From Lentisphaeria bacterium (GTDB lineage Bacteria; Verrucomicrobiota; Lentisphaeria; Oligosphaerales; Oligosphaeraceae), in the NCBI GenBank assembly GCA_041670605.1, contig JBAXYW010000001.1, positions 1 through 31,912 on the forward strand: 31,912 bases of DNA. Reading direction: 5' to 3'. The first letter of the stretch is position 1, and every line of letters begins with the position of its first letter. The notes below the pieces were generated by a model. That model was not told the DNA's origin, ran no database searches, and saw only the letters and a program-made list of their open reading frames with translations. The position numbers and the translations under genes are program-made. This document shows positions 18,691-26,633 of the stretch, in pieces.

Positions 18691-19775
18691 TGCTGTTTGC
18701 CTACACCTACGTTCCGCACAAGATGGAGAGGATGCAAGAGTTCATCGACTTTATCTTTTTTGAGGTGTGGTGCAGAGCACCAATCGGCCTAGTCTTCCAC
18801 CCTGATCTTTTCGATGGCAATCCCGACCTCAAAGCAGTTATGTCAGAGTTCGGGTTTTCTGCGCGAGCGGCAGAGCGCGGAAAGACGTTTTATAAAGACG
18901 TGAAAGCAATCTACGAACTTTTTGCGCCACTCTCGGCACAGGAAATTGATCAATTCAAGCAGTGGTACCTGGGCAACAACGACATTGAGAAGGTTTGTGC
19001 GAACGATCCAGCTTCACCGCTCCTGCGCTACGTCGATATTCCGGCAGCCCACCAAGCCTTGAGCGAGCAGCTCGCGTCGTTCTTCAAAGGGCTGTATTCA
19101 TCGCTACTCGACCTAGTCGCACTTCAAGAAAAAATAGGCAACATCGACGATCACTACAAGACCTTCGTGCAGACCAACAAAGCAGGCAAGTGCCCGTTCT
19201 GTGGAATCAGTGACCTGTTCAGTGAGTATCACAGCAAGCGTGAGGCTTACGATCATTACTTGCCCAAGGCGTTATACCCGTTTAACTCGATCAATTTCCG
19301 AAATCTTGTCCCGGCTTGCCACCACTGCAACAGCAGCTACAAGACCAGTAAGGACCCAGCCTATCCGCCAAAAGACCCGGCGCGGGCGGCTCAGCGCCGC
19401 GCAGTCTTTTATCCCTACACGGCAACGCCCTATGCCATCGAACTGCAAGTGACTTTGCAAAATTCGGATATCGAAAAATTGACGCCGGCGGACGTCAACC
19501 TGCATTTTGGCCCTGCCTCCCTCGACGAAAAAATCGACACTTGGAAGGACGTGTACGGCATTGAAGAGCGCTACAAAGCCAAGTTCTGCAGTAGCGATGC
19601 ACTAGACTGGTTGGAGCAGGTTCGCATCTTGGATAGAGATCACAGTGTCGCGCCTACAGCCTACCTCGTCAGCCTCGAAGAGCAAGCACAAAAGTCTCCC
19701 GTCGCGAATTGCAATTTCCTCAAGAAGCCGTTTCTCGAAGCCTGTAACCAGATTGGCATCTTCGACGCCATGTAA
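18690..19775 (+). CDS. HNH endonuclease (PtuB-like, with a long N-terminal domain)
   Basis: CPFCG...DHYLPK..YP....NFRNLVPACHHCN; TGATG coupling to the ATPase. Confidence 0.85.
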   Translation: MLFAYTYVPHKMERMQEFIDFIFFEVWCRAPIGLVFHPDLFDGNPDLKAVMSEFGFSARAAERGKTFYKDVKAIYELFAPLSAQEIDQFKQWYLGNNDIEKVCANDPASPLLRYVDIPAAHQALSEQLASFFKGLYSSLLDLVALQEKIGNIDDHYKTFVQTNKAGKCPFCGISDLFSEYHSKREAYDHYLPKALYPFNSINFRNLVPACHHCNSSYKTSKDPAYPPKDPARAAQRRAVFYPYTATPYAIELQVTLQNSDIEKLTPADVNLHFGPASLDEKIDTWKDVYGIEERYKAKFCSSDALDWLEQVRILDRDHSVAPTAYLVSLEEQAQKSPVANCNFLKKPFLEACNQIGIFDAM

Positions 19776-20054
19776 AACGCCTCGTTAGCTGGCTGTAAGC
19801 CGAATGGGGGGCTAGTCTTATCTTAATCCTCCGATTTTAGCTTAGAAAACCTGACGAATTGGAAGACAGCGTCAGACTTTTGCTAGTTTTTTGCTAAAAT
19901 GGATTATAGTCCTTACCGGAAATGATTTCTATCTAATTGAATAATATATAATTTATATTTCTATTAGATGCTAAGCCTCACTCATTTGTGGAAAAAATTC
20001 GAAGCCGTTTTCCAATAGTGGCATTTATCTTTAGGATTGAAAAATTAAGCCAAT

Positions 20055-21041
20055 ATGGGACGTGAAGGCCAATGGATCGACCAGCCTGTCGATCAAGCAA
20101 TAAATATCGCAAATTGGAGAGGTGATGATGAATTTGAAATTTATCCAGAGGGTGCACGCGACAAATCACTTCTGATAAGCCCAAATCAATCCAGATATGA
20201 TTTTCTGATCCCTGGTCATCGGTATTTATTCAAGCATGCTTTTCAGAAGGGAAAGCGGTGCCATCCTGATCAATTCTGGGCGGAAATCGTCGCCTATCGA
20301 ATTGGTTGCATGTTGGATGTGCCGGTGCCACCCGCTTTTGTAGCATATAATAGTGACAATAATGTTTGCGGCGCCTTGATCGAATGGTTTTTGAATTACC
20401 CCGATCAGCCAGAAGAGAGGCGGGTTCCTGGCGGCGACATTATGGTGGACATGATCCCAGGTTATGACCGTAAAAAGGGTAAGGAGCATAACTTTGTAAC
20501 CATAGCTCGTTATTTTGCGGTTGTAGATAGAAATTTCTCATTCGAACCCAATTGGCTAATTTTCTGGTGCGATATGCTCTTGTTTGACGCCATAATCGGT
20601 AACACGGATCGCCATCAGGACAATTGGGAATTGTTATGGAACCAAGTACAAGCTAGGCACGTCAGAATGTCGCCTGTTTTTGATAATGGCACGAGTCTTG
20701 GTTATGAAATATTGGAGTCGAAAATGGACGATTTCTACCAACCAGATAAAATGGCGGCCTACATCAGAAGAGGCAGACACCACCTTCGCTGGCAGTCAAA
20801 AGACGAACTGCAATGCCGGCATGTGGACCTCCTACTGGACTTAGCAGTAAAATTTCCAATGTTGAACGGTCGTATCAGAGAAAAACTGGCTTTATTTGAT
20901 CCCGATCGATTACGTTCTATCATGGAAAATTGCAGGCAATATTCCGTGCCGGTTCCATTAACCCAAAAACGTGCTGATTTTATTTGCCATTTAGTTATAT
21001 CCAGATATAGAACCATTGAAGCAGAAGTAAACCAACTGTAA
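20055..21041 (+). CDS. HipA-like/CtkA-like Ser/Thr kinase
   Basis: YLFK, WAEIVAYRIG, FDAIIGNTDRHQDNW (catalytic loop) and SPVFDNGTSLG (Mg-binding motif). Confidence 0.88.
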   Translation: MGREGQWIDQPVDQAINIANWRGDDEFEIYPEGARDKSLLISPNQSRYDFLIPGHRYLFKHAFQKGKRCHPDQFWAEIVAYRIGCMLDVPVPPAFVAYNSDNNVCGALIEWFLNYPDQPEERRVPGGDIMVDMIPGYDRKKGKEHNFVTIARYFAVVDRNFSFEPNWLIFWCDMLLFDAIIGNTDRHQDNWELLWNQVQARHVRMSPVFDNGTSLGYEILESKMDDFYQPDKMAAYIRRGRHHLRWQSKDELQCRHVDLLLDLAVKFPMLNGRIREKLALFDPDRLRSIMENCRQYSVPVPLTQKRADFICHLVISRYRTIEAEVNQL

Positions 21042-21763
21042 TGAACCTGATACGCCATGTTCACCAACCAAGCCGCTTGTTATTGGTTTGGCAATCACCA
21101 GAAGGCAAATCTCGGAAAAGATTTGTTGTTGGTGAGATATGCCTGATCGATGGTAATTGTGTGTTTCGCTATTTACCCAATACCGATGACTTTAACAATG
21201 CTTGTGTCGAAGGATTTATGTGCTATCCGGCATTTCGCAAGCTAAATCAGGAATACAGCGAGAATGTTTTAGAGACATTTTTGCGTCGTATACCTCCCAG
21301 AAGACGTGGCGATTTTAATAAATATCTTGAGCAATGGCGACTGGTACCCGATGCTGTTATATCTGACTTCGCGTTGCTAGGCCACACAGGAGCAAAATTG
21401 CCTAACGATGGCTTCTCACTAATAAATCCATTTGATGGCATTAGTGCACCGTATGAGTTTTACATTGAAGTAGCTGGCTTTCGTTATCAGAAAACCATTT
21501 CTTTAAACGATATTACAGTTGGAATGCCTGTTGCTTTTGTTGTTGAGCCGGAAAATGAACATGATCATCAAGCGGTGAAAATCGAGGTTATGGGTAGAAA
21601 AATTGGCTATGTAAATAAAGTTCAGAGTCCTGCCTTCATTCGTTGGTTAGATAGCAATATAGTTACTGGCGTAATTGAACGTATTAATGGAACCGAAGAT
21701 CGGCCTTTGATTTATATCTATGGCTGCGTTAGTTCTAAACATGCTGATCGGATTGCGGCTTAA
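21041..21763 (+). CDS. HIRAN-domain protein (N-terminal HipA-N/HipS-like region plus C-terminal HIRAN)
   Basis: VAGFRY...EPENEHDHQAVKI...KIGYV (HIRAN signature); N-terminal YPAF...FLRRIPPRRRGDF; TAATG coupling to the kinase. Confidence 0.85.
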   Translation: MNLIRHVHQPSRLLLVWQSPEGKSRKRFVVGEICLIDGNCVFRYLPNTDDFNNACVEGFMCYPAFRKLNQEYSENVLETFLRRIPPRRRGDFNKYLEQWRLVPDAVISDFALLGHTGAKLPNDGFSLINPFDGISAPYEFYIEVAGFRYQKTISLNDITVGMPVAFVVEPENEHDHQAVKIEVMGRKIGYVNKVQSPAFIRWLDSNIVTGVIERINGTEDRPLIYIYGCVSSKHADRIAA

Positions 21764-22084
21764 TAAAACGGATAGGTGCGGGGTCTGATTTTGATAGAGG
21801 CACCCGCATTCTCATATCTGATTGTGTACTGGCAGCTACACATTTATAGGGGTCTGTGATCTTGTGCCGGGACTCACTAGCTCAAAACATGCATCAACTT
21901 CTTATGTAACAACAAAACATCTAGATAGCTTTGATTGGATAGAGCCTTCCGAAGTATGGGAAGTACTATCAAGTTGGCCGCGCGATACCTAGCAATATGC
22001 TTAAGCACCCATGCCCTCCAAACTTTCATTGCTCGAACCTTGCCGTTTAATATCAGGGTATGTTTCGATTTCCACCGCCCCGAA

Positions 22085-22250
22085 ATTTTTCACTATTAGT
22101 GGCACAAAATCCGGATTTTTTCATTAATTGTGTCAAAAGTGGGTATGATGGCTGACATAAATAATGAAAAATCGCTTTAAAATCAATGGACCATTTTTCA
22201 CTAATTCTGTCACCCAACAACTTGGAAGCCTGACACAGATATTGAAAAAT
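22085..22250. repeat. Five imperfect copies of a 20-bp motif TGACAnAAwTArTGAAAAAT
   Basis: 22085-22104 (rev, TGCCACTAATAGTGAAAAAT), 22116-22135 (rev, TGACACAATTAATGAAAAAA), 22153-22172 (fwd, TGACATAAATAATGAAAAAT), 22193-22212 (rev, TGACAGAATTAGTGAAAAAT), 22231-22250 (fwd, TGACACAGATATTGAAAAAT). Confidence 0.85.
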
Positions 22251-22459
22251 CCAGTGCTGCTAAATGTGTTCTTTTTCCATGGGGATAGCACAGCAAATTA
22301 CAAAGCCAAGTGATAGCTCGTGAAGGCTACTCAATGGATTATGCGGATTTTCTGGCTTTGTCTCTAAGGCTTAGGAAATAATGGCGTTTGAATACCTGCT
22401 TCTCTTTAGTTAGTGCAAGCGTGATTCAACAATATGATTTTGATCTAGTGGTTATATGA

Positions 22460-23464
22460 ATGGCCTATGAAAAACCTTGGAAAAGTTACGAAGACCAGTT
22501 GAATCAGTTGATTCAAAGAAGATTGGTCGTTACTCATAGAACTAAAGCTTTAGAATATCTCGAGCGGATTGGCTACTACCGCTTAAGTGGTTACTGGTTT
22601 CCCTTTCGTGAACGCAGTGGAACATGCTGTCCGCTAATCGCACCCATTGGCAGAAAGAAATTTAAACGTGGTGATACTGATCGGTTCGTGTTGGATACGT
22701 TTAAGGAGGGAGCCAGTTTTCAAAATGCCGTCAATTTATATGTGTTTGATAAGAAGCTGCGTTTGCTGACTATGGATGCGTTGGAGCGTATCGAGATTGG
22801 CTTACGGGTTGATATTTCGCATTCGCTCGGTAAAAAAGATTCATTCGCCTATCTGAAACCCGAGTTATTATTTGACGGTTTTGCGAAGAAACTCGATGAA
22901 AAAACGGGCTTAACAGAACATCACGAATGGCTGAGCAAACAAGCGGCGTTGATTTCCCGGTCAAAAGAGGAGTTTATCAAGCACAATAAATCCAAATATG
23001 GCTTTCCTTTGCCTATCTGGGTAGTCTGCGAAATCTGGGATTTCGGGACTATGTCTACTTTATTTGCTGGAATGATGGAAGTCGACCAAGATGCAATCGC
23101 TAAAAAATATGGGGTGAGTAACGGCCGTGTTTTTGCGTCTTGGTTGCGTAGCTTGAATTATCTGCGCAATGTATGTGCCCATCACAGTCGACTTTGGAAT
23201 CACAATATTGTTGATCAGCCCAAATTATCTCATTTAGGTGAAGTGACATGGATTGATCCATTCCATGGCAATGCCCCTCATAGTCTCGCCCGTCCTTTTT
23301 TATTGCTCTGCATCGCCAAGCACCTGCTGAGTATCATCAATCCATGCTCTGAATGGGGAAAGCGGCTGAAGTTGTTGCTTTTAGAGTTTCCCGATTTACA
23401 ACATTTGGGTCTGAACCTAGCTGGTATGGGTGTTATAGACGGTTGGGAACAGTGGGACTGGTGA
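22460..23464 (+). CDS. Abi family (Abi_2, AbiD/AbiF-like) HEPN RNase
   Basis: LERIGYYRLSGY, LY.FDKKLR...LERIEIGLR, P.W.V.E.WDFG, and the HEPN motif LRNVCAHHSRLWN. Confidence 0.9.
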   Translation: MAYEKPWKSYEDQLNQLIQRRLVVTHRTKALEYLERIGYYRLSGYWFPFRERSGTCCPLIAPIGRKKFKRGDTDRFVLDTFKEGASFQNAVNLYVFDKKLRLLTMDALERIEIGLRVDISHSLGKKDSFAYLKPELLFDGFAKKLDEKTGLTEHHEWLSKQAALISRSKEEFIKHNKSKYGFPLPIWVVCEIWDFGTMSTLFAGMMEVDQDAIAKKYGVSNGRVFASWLRSLNYLRNVCAHHSRLWNHNIVDQPKLSHLGEVTWIDPFHGNAPHSLARPFLLLCIAKHLLSIINPCSEWGKRLKLLLLEFPDLQHLGLNLAGMGVIDGWEQWDW

Positions 23465-23489
23465 TATGGAATACAAAACGGCAGGCAAT

Positions 23490-23550
23490 AAAAAACCCCT
23501 AGGCGGAGTAGCCGCCGAAGCAGCTAAACCGGAAGGGGCCGTGTTGGCGG
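23490..23550. ncRNA. Candidate structured small RNA downstream of abi (possible type III antitoxin)
   Basis: A6-CCCCT(23496-23500)...AGGGG(23534-23538) outer stem enclosing a GGCGG-agtag-CCGCC hairpin. On the minus strand it ends in stem+U6, with TTGACA (23581-23576)-N17-AAGAAT upstream. Confidence 0.45.
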
Positions 23551-23641
23551 GCATTCTTAATTAAACTTGGCCAATTGTCAAATATAACAATGAGATGAAC
23601 CGCTCATAATATCGATAAAATTTGGAAATAGCAATGCCTTA

Positions 23642-23689
23642 ACACTATATGTAGTGATTTTTAAAAATTTACATCACTATATAGAGAAA
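23642..23689. promoter_or_regulatory. Tandem NrdR-box-like sites
   Basis: ACACTATATGTAGTGA (23642-23657; 14/16 to acaCwAtATaTwGtgt) and TCACTATATAGAGAAA (23674-23689; 11/16), 32 bp apart start to start. Confidence 0.45.
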
Positions 23690-23928
23690 TACAGTTATCT
23701 CTAACTAGTTATCAAAATGAAGAATGAATGCCAACGCACACTATTTGGAATATTTGTCTTCGCCGCTGTTCGCAAACGCATCGGGGGCGAAATTCGCCAA
23801 AACAAGTTAAAACGTGCTTTTGTTAGCAAGGGACAAATACAATTCGAAGGTGTTAGCACTATTAAATTATAAAAGACAGCAAGGTCGCGTAGGCATCACA
23901 ACCTAAGCATGCCATTCAGGACATACAA

Positions 23929-26061
23929 ATGAGCTCAACAACCAATTTCCAGCAACTCGCCAATTTTATATGGTCGGTTGCTGATTTGCTACGAGGGCCT
24001 TATCGCCCACCACAGTACGAGCGCGTCATGCTGCCGCTGACTGTTTTGCGTCGCTTTGATGCTGTCCTTGCGCCGACCAAAGAAGCGGTTTTGCAAAGAT
24101 TTGATTCCTTGAAAGACAAAGATCGGCAATTGGTCGATCGGGTGCTCAACGAGCTGGCTAAGGATGAGGACGGTAAACCACTAGGGTTTCATAATCACAG
24201 CCAACTCGATTTCTACAAACTGAAGGGTGATCCGGATAACATTGGCCGACATCTCACCGACTATATCAACGGCTTTTCTGAAAACATCCGCAAGATCTTC
24301 GAGCGTTTTGAGTTCGAGAAAGAGATTGAAAAGCTGGAAGAGGCCAACCGCCTATACCAAGTGGTTGCTCAGTTTGCTGAGATGGACTTGCATCCTAAGC
24401 ACGTAGACAACATCACCATGGGGTTGGTGTTCGAGGATTTGATCAGGCGGTTCAACGAGGCGGCTAACGAAACAGCCGGTGATCATTTCACTCCGCGTGA
24501 GGTGATCCGGTTGATGGTCAACCTGTTGCTTGAACCAGACACACAAGTGCTCACACAGGAAGGCGTTATCGCCACGATTTGTGACCCTGCTTGCGGCACC
24601 GGTGGCATGCTGGCTGAAGCGCAAAATTGGATTCGTGCCCATAACGAACAGGCCACGGTTAAGGTCTATGGGCAAGACTATAATCCGCGCTCTTATGCCG
24701 TCGCCGCATCCGACCTGTTGATCAAGGGTCATCGCGATAGCCGCATCGAATACGGCAATACCCTGACCAACGATCAATTCCCGGATATGTGGTTCGACTA
24801 TTTGCTGGCCAACCCACCTTTTGGCGTGGACTGGAAAGGCGAGAAAAAAGAGATCGATCGCTGGCCGGATTTCTGCGGTTACAAAGGTAAGCTGCCGCGT
24901 ATCAACGACGGTGCGCTGCTGTTTTTGATACACATGATCGATAAATTCGCTGATTACGAACCGGGGAATAAAGATTTACCGGGTTCCCGCGCCTCCATCG
25001 TTTTTAACGGCTCTCCCCTCTTCACCGGTGGCGCCGGCAGCGGCGAAAGCGAAATACGCCGCTGGATCATCGAAAACGACTGGCTGGAAGCCATCGTCGC
25101 TCTGCCTGAACAGATGTTCTACAACACCGGCATCGGCACCTTCGTCTGGGTACTTAGTAACCGCAAGGAACAACATCGCAAAGGCAAGATACAACTGATC
25201 GACGCCCGCGAGCGCTGGACGCCGATGAAACGCAGCCTGGGCAACAAACGCCGCTATCTGGACGAAGCTGCCATTCATGAAATCACCCGCGAGCACGGCG
25301 CGATGACCCAATCTAATACCAGTAAGGTGTTCGACAATGCCGATTTTGGCTACCGGCGAGTGATTATCCAGCGCCCGTTACGTTTGCGTTTTCAACTGAC
25401 TCAAGAAGCCAAGGAACGCTATCTCGATGCCTGCCCGGAACTTTACAATGCGCTGGTCGCCGTGGAAGACAAACTTGGCCAGGAGGCTTATGACGATTGG
25501 AACAGCGTTTGGGAGCAAGCGCAGGACATTATCAAAGCCTTGCCGAACGACATAGAAGGCTGGGCCAAAGGCGCCAAAGGCACAGCTCAGAAAAAGTTGT
25601 TTCGTGACGCATTCACTGAGGTCGACCCCGAGGCCAAGCCGGTCGTTGCCAAACTGCACAAAGCCGATGCACCGGATACGGTGGCCTTGTTTCCCGGCCA
25701 GACTTTGCAGGAATTGCAATCCAATGTGCTGCATAGCTTGCTGGGCCAGTATGAGGCTGGCAAAGGTAAGTTTTACGAGTACGAAGCCGATCTGGCTCTG
25801 AAGGATTTTGAAAACATTCCGCTCAAAGAAGCTGTTATCAGCTACGTCGAAGGCGAAGTCTTGCCCTATGTTCGTGATGCTTGGATCGATCGCGAAGCCC
25901 TGGACGAACAGGATGGCGGTATCGGTACGGTGGGTTATGAAATCAACTTCAATGGAGAATTCCCGAAAGATAAGATTCAACGCTCTCTCCAAGAAATCGA
26001 TGCCGACTTAATCATGGTCGAAAGGCAAATTAATGAATTCTTGCGGAGGGCTTCACTGTGA
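23929..26061 (+). CDS. hsdM: Type I R-M methyltransferase subunit M (long form)
   Basis: FIWSVADLLRG, GDHFTPREVI, DPACGTGGML, NPPF, and C-terminal VGYEINF. Confidence 0.95.
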   Translation: MSSTTNFQQLANFIWSVADLLRGPYRPPQYERVMLPLTVLRRFDAVLAPTKEAVLQRFDSLKDKDRQLVDRVLNELAKDEDGKPLGFHNHSQLDFYKLKGDPDNIGRHLTDYINGFSENIRKIFERFEFEKEIEKLEEANRLYQVVAQFAEMDLHPKHVDNITMGLVFEDLIRRFNEAANETAGDHFTPREVIRLMVNLLLEPDTQVLTQEGVIATICDPACGTGGMLAEAQNWIRAHNEQATVKVYGQDYNPRSYAVAASDLLIKGHRDSRIEYGNTLTNDQFPDMWFDYLLANPPFGVDWKGEKKEIDRWPDFCGYKGKLPRINDGALLFLIHMIDKFADYEPGNKDLPGSRASIVFNGSPLFTGGAGSGESEIRRWIIENDWLEAIVALPEQMFYNTGIGTFVWVLSNRKEQHRKGKIQLIDARERWTPMKRSLGNKRRYLDEAAIHEITREHGAMTQSNTSKVFDNADFGYRRVIIQRPLRLRFQLTQEAKERYLDACPELYNALVAVEDKLGQEAYDDWNSVWEQAQDIIKALPNDIEGWAKGAKGTAQKKLFRDAFTEVDPEAKPVVAKLHKADAPDTVALFPGQTLQELQSNVLHSLLGQYEAGKGKFYEYEADLALKDFENIPLKEAVISYVEGEVLPYVRDAWIDREALDEQDGGIGTVGYEINFNGEFPKDKIQRSLQEIDADLIMVERQINEFLRRASL

Positions 26062-26633
26062 AGTACCAAATGACACGTGTTAAATACATTTGCCGACTCG
26101 GCTACGGTGACTCTCTTCCAAAAGATGAAGGCAGTGATGGTGATATTCCAGTGTTTGGCTCTAATGGACAATACACCACTACAGCAACACGAAATACTGA
26201 AGTACCGGCAATAGTTCTGGGCAGAAAAGGTTCCTATGGCAAGGTCAATTGGGCACCGAATGGATGCTTTGCATCAGATACCACATTCTTCATTGATAGC
26301 AGACTTACCTCAGAAAATTTGCGGTGGCTATATTGGGCTCTTCAAATTCTCAGGTTAGACGAAGGTTCCCAAGAAGCAGCAGTTCCAGGGCTGAACAGGG
26401 AAACCGTTTATGAGCAGCGCTTGCCTATTCCATCAGACATAAATCAGAAACTGATCGCCAACTATTTGGATCGAGAAATTGCGCGCATTGATTCAGCTCT
26501 TGATCTTGCCGGAAGCCGGTCAGCCATCAACTTCAAGGAAGGGTCGTTGTTAGCACTGCTCTTCGAGCGCCGTTCTGCGCTTATTACTGCCGCTGTCACT
26601 GGCCAGATTCCCATGGAGGAGATGGCAGGATGA
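26058..26633 (+). CDS. hsdS: Half-size type I specificity subunit (single TRD, 191 aa)
   Basis: One TRD (GDSLP...PVFGSNG...GRKGSYG...AVPGLN), then P....QKLIANYLDREIARID...ERRSALITAAVTGQI. GTGA and ATGA overlaps on both sides. Confidence 0.85.
   Translation: MKYQMTRVKYICRLGYGDSLPKDEGSDGDIPVFGSNGQYTTTATRNTEVPAIVLGRKGSYGKVNWAPNGCFASDTTFFIDSRLTSENLRWLYWALQILRLDEGSQEAAVPGLNRETVYEQRLPIPSDINQKLIANYLDREIARIDSALDLAGSRSAINFKEGSLLALLFERRSALITAAVTGQIPMEEMAG

Noticed and set aside
21777-21808. TGCGGG/CCCGCA hairpin after the HIRAN gene as a terminator
   Set aside because: Short imperfect stem with no U-tract.
21822-21992. 56-codon open frame (LCTGSYTFIGVCDLVPG...WPRDT), possible gene remnant
   Set aside because: Weak TTG start, no clear RBS, and no recognisable motif.
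22085-22250. CRISPR or mini-array interpretation of the 20-bp repeats
   Set aside because: Mixed orientation, irregular 11-20-bp spacers, degenerate copies, and no cas genes.
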